64,000 bases of DNA from an uncultured Bacillota bacterium (GTDB taxonomy: Bacteria > Bacillota > Clostridia > Christensenellales > UBA1242). Location: positions 930 to 64,929 of the forward strand of contig CAMMTJ010000005.1 of NCBI GenBank assembly GCA_946499835.1, in the 5' to 3' direction. This document shows positions 60,833-64,000 of this stretch, one piece after another (within the stretch, counting starts at the first letter, position 1; each line of letters starts with the position of its first letter). The notes under the pieces are model-generated. The model was not told the DNA's origin and did no database searches. It saw nothing but the letters and a program-made list of their open reading frames with translations. Made by a program: the position numbers and the translations under genes.

Positions 60833-62323
60833 TTAGTCTTGGAAAAGATGATTGTTGAGATATTGAGGCTGGCAGGTGATGTTGATTTTAAGTTTTTTCA
60901 GCGTCATCTCTTCGGCAGGTGAAAGCATATATGTGCAATGTGCTTCACAACCTTCAAGACGAGGAAGACATTCAAGTGCCTTTTTGGCTTTTGGGTTGGA
61001 TGAAGAGCAAATTGCAAGAGCGACAAGCACGTCATCGGCAGTCAGCACACTGCATTTTGTGTGAAGATAATCTCTTCTTAAATTCATGATTGGGAAAAGG
61101 ACGTTGTCAGAAATGACATCAAAGTCATCACCAAGGTTTGCAAGTGTGCGAAGTGCGTTGAGAAGAACGGCACCGCTTGCCGAGATAACCTTTTTTGTTT
61201 TTCCTGTCACGATTTCACCATTTGGGAGTTCAAGTGCAACGCAAGGATAACCGCTTTCTTTTGCAGTCTTCTTTGCCACCTTTGTCACTTTGAGATAATC
61301 TATATCAAGGTCAAGTTCTGCCATGAGATATTGAGTGCGCTCAACAGTGTCAAAAGAAACTTGTCCTTTTTTATAGTCACACTCTGCATGGAGAAATCTT
61401 CTGACGATCTCTTTCTTTGAAGCCTCTTGCACAACCTTGTCATTTGTGATTGCTGATGCAACCATGTTGACACCCATATCGGTTGGCGACTTGTAAATTT
61501 CTTTGCCAGTGATCTTTTTGAGGATGTTGCTTAGCACTGGAAAAACTTCAATGTCGCGGTTATAGTTGACAGCGAGTTTTCCATAAGCATTGAAATGGAA
61601 TGGGTCGATTTGATTGATATCTTTCAGGTCAGCCGTTGCTGATTCATAAGCAATGTTGACAGGATGTTTGAGTGGCAAGTTCCAAACAGGGAAGGTCTCA
61701 AATTTTGCATAGCCTGACTTGATGCCTTTTTTGTAATCATGATACATTTGGCTAAGACAGGTGGCAAGTTTTCCACTTGATGGGCCAGGCGCTGTCACAA
61801 CGACAAGAGGACGTGAAGTTTCAATGTATGGATTTGCACCATAGCCTTCATCAGAAACGATGACATTGACTTCATTTGGATAACCTTTTGTATAGTTATG
61901 AAAATATACCTTTTCGCCTCTATTTTGAAGTTTTTGAGCAAACTTTTGAGCACTTGGTTGCCCTTTGAAAAGGGTGATAACGATTGAAGAGACATAAAGT
62001 CCAATTTCGCGCAAGTTGTCAATGACTCTGAGCATTTCATCATCATAACCCAGTCCAAGATCGGCACGGATTTTGTTTTTCTCAATTGCATTTGCGCTTA
62101 TGCAGAAAATGATTTCTGCCTTATCTTTGAGTTTCAAAAGAAGTTTTGTTTTGATGTTTGGGTCAAAGCCAGGAAGCACACGAGCGGCGTGATAATCATC
62201 AAACAATTTTCCGCCAAATTCGAGATAAAGTTTTGAAAACTTTTTGATTCTTTTCAAAATATTCTCGCTTTGCAGTTTAAGATACAGTTCATTGTCAAAA
62301 CCGACATTTTCTTTTGTTTTCAT
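60833..62323 (-). CDS. DUF1846 (UPF0371) family protein
   Basis: KLYLEFGGKLFDDYHAARVLPGF, GYAKFETFPVWNLPLKHPVN, YKSPTDMGVN. Confidence 0.92.
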   Translation of the reverse strand: MKTKENVGFDNELYLKLQSENILKRIKKFSKLYLEFGGKLFDDYHAARVLPGFDPNIKTKLLLKLKDKAEIIFCISANAIEKNKIRADLGLGYDDEMLRVIDNLREIGLYVSSIVITLFKGQPSAQKFAQKLQNRGEKVYFHNYTKGYPNEVNVIVSDEGYGANPYIETSRPLVVVTAPGPSSGKLATCLSQMYHDYKKGIKSGYAKFETFPVWNLPLKHPVNIAYESATADLKDINQIDPFHFNAYGKLAVNYNRDIEVFPVLSNILKKITGKEIYKSPTDMGVNMVASAITNDKVVQEASKKEIVRRFLHAECDYKKGQVSFDTVERTQYLMAELDLDIDYLKVTKVAKKTAKESGYPCVALELPNGEIVTGKTKKVISASGAVLLNALRTLANLGDDFDVISDNVLFPIMNLRRDYLHTKCSVLTADDVLVALAICSSSNPKAKKALECLPRLEGCEAHCTYMLSPAEEMTLKKLKINITCQPQYLNNHLFQD

Positions 62324-62528
62324 TTGAAAGTCCCTCCAAAATACAAAAAAATTATAACCCATTTTGCCAGTTTTTCGCAACCAAAATTAAAGCAAAGTTG
62401 GCAAAAAATTGGACGTTAAATTTTTTCTTGCAACAGTGGCAAAAAGTTTGGAAATACTCTTGTGCTTATGCTAGAATATGGAGTATGAGGGCTTGTGCCC
62501 ACTACTGAGAAAAGGAGACAAAATTTTT

Positions 62529-63401
62529 ATGAAAAAGATTGCAGTAGTCACAGACAGCAATTCAAATATAACGCAACAAGAGGCAAAAGAATTAAAAGAT
62601 GTTTATGTCATTCCAATGCCTTTTATCGTTGACGGAGAGGAATTTTTTGAAGATGTCAACTTGACACAAGAAGGCTTTTATGAAAAACTGCTTGCGGGTG
62701 CGGACATCTCAACGTCACAACCTTCAGTTGGGCAGGTGACCGAACTGTGGGATGAACTTCTCAAAAATTATGACCAAATCGTTCACATCCCTATGTCAAG
62801 TGCACTGAGCGAGTCTTGCAACAGTGCAAAAAATTATGCAAAGGAATATAATGGACGCGTTGTAGTTGTTGACAACAGACGCATTTCAATCACTCTCAGA
62901 CAATCTGTTCTTGATGCACTCACTCTTGCAAAGAAAGGTTATGACGGCGAAGAGATAAGACAAGAACTTGAAGAAACTCAATCAGATTCAAGCATATATA
63001 TCATGGTTGACACTCTCAAATATCTCAAAAAAGGTGGTCGTATCACTCCTGCTGCCGCTGCAATTGGAACGCTTTTGAAAATCAAGCCAGTGCTTCAAAT
63101 TCAAGGTGGAAAACTTGATCAATATGCAAAAGTTATGAATGAAAAAGTGGCAAGAATAAAAATGATAGGAGCCATGAAACATGACTTCGAAACTCGCTTT
63201 GCTGAGTTTGTGGCAAATGGCGAAATTGAAATTGAAATGGCTTACACAAATTGTGTGGGCAAGGCGGAAGAGTTCAAAAAGCAAGTGCAAGAGGCTTTTC
63301 CAAATGTTAAAATTGGGCCAATGGTGCCACTTCCACTTTCAATCGCTTGTCACATCGGCTCAGGTGCTTTGGCTGTGGCATGTGCAAGGGTTGTGAAATG
63401 A
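62529..63401 (+). CDS. DegV/FakB fatty-acid-binding protein
   Basis: IAVVTDS, STSQPS, YLKKGGRI, LKIKP, HIGSG. Confidence 0.93.
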   Translation: MKKIAVVTDSNSNITQQEAKELKDVYVIPMPFIVDGEEFFEDVNLTQEGFYEKLLAGADISTSQPSVGQVTELWDELLKNYDQIVHIPMSSALSESCNSAKNYAKEYNGRVVVVDNRRISITLRQSVLDALTLAKKGYDGEEIRQELEETQSDSSIYIMVDTLKYLKKGGRITPAAAAIGTLLKIKPVLQIQGGKLDQYAKVMNEKVARIKMIGAMKHDFETRFAEFVANGEIEIEMAYTNCVGKAEEFKKQVQEAFPNVKIGPMVPLPLSIACHIGSGALAVACARVVK

Positions 63402-64000
63402 AAAACAAAATTGCAGGAAAGGTTGTTTTTATCACAGGTGCAAGCAGTGGCATAGGACTTGCTTTGGCAAACAAACTGACATCGCTTGGTGCCATAGTTT
63501 ATGGCGTTGCAAGAAGCAAATGTCAAGAGAAAGGCTTTGTTTGCTATGAATGTGATGTCAATGATAGTGAAAAGATGGAACAAATTTTGAAAGAAGTCTT
63601 TGAAAAAGAGGGCAGGCTTGATGTTTTTGTCAACAATGCAGGCTATGGAATTGCAGGTGCGATTTGCACCACTCAAACAAAGTCAATTTATGACCTTGTT
63701 GACACCAATCTTTCAGCAGTGATAAATCTTTCTGCAAAAGCAATACCTTATCTCAAACAATCAAAAGATGGAAGAATAATCAATATCTCTTCAATAGGCG
63801 GAATTGTCCCTCTGCCATATCAAGCGGTTTATTCAGCCACAAAAGCAGGCGTGGATATATTTTCAAGAGCGCTTGCCAATGAAGTTAAGCCATTTGGAAT
63901 CAAAGTGAGCGTTGTTATGCCGGGGGATATAAAGACAGGCTTTACTGCAAACCGCAAGATTGAAGGTGGCAAAACAGATGATGAATATTCAAAGTCAGTT
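63398..64000 (+). CDS. Short-chain dehydrogenase/reductase (runs off the window end)
   Basis: ATG overlaps the degV stop; ITGASSGIG, VNNAG, YSATK. Confidence 0.9.
   Translation, partial: MKNKIAGKVVFITGASSGIGLALANKLTSLGAIVYGVARSKCQEKGFVCYECDVNDSEKMEQILKEVFEKEGRLDVFVNNAGYGIAGAICTTQTKSIYDLVDTNLSAVINLSAKAIPYLKQSKDGRIINISSIGGIVPLPYQAVYSATKAGVDIFSRALANEVKPFGIKVSVVMPGDIKTGFTANRKIEGGKTDDEYSKSV

Overview
Chromosomal window from a low-GC, spore-forming Firmicute, probably a Clostridia-type anaerobe (inferred from spo0A, spoIIE, cwlD, pflB and rubrerythrin). Housekeeping content includes the parA end, parB with two parS sites, metK under a SAM-I-type riboswitch, mscL, pflB, gmk, tilS, a two-gene Suf pair, ABC exporters, DegV and four tRNAs. 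No integrase, transposase, prophage or CRISPR array is visible. The most striking feature is a two-gene module present twice (20262-21622 + and 30481-31969 -). Each copy has a large protein of ~36-aa mTERF-like helical repeats followed by a ~96-aa partner, and the large and small genes are each paralogous across the two loci; mTERFs are normally regarded as eukaryotic organellar proteins. Other notable items: a modular hairpin repeat family starting at tRNA 3' ends and bracketing an AT-rich acetyltransferase gene; a Spo0A with Glu at the phosphoacceptor position; a phased array of six DnaA boxes; a promoter-driven ~80-nt structured RNA candidate; a 1-kb AT-rich segment flanked by a duplicated terminator; two unusual enzyme fusions; a divergent SecA; and an extended sigma-like protein. 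All calls come from reading motifs by eye; no database searches were run.
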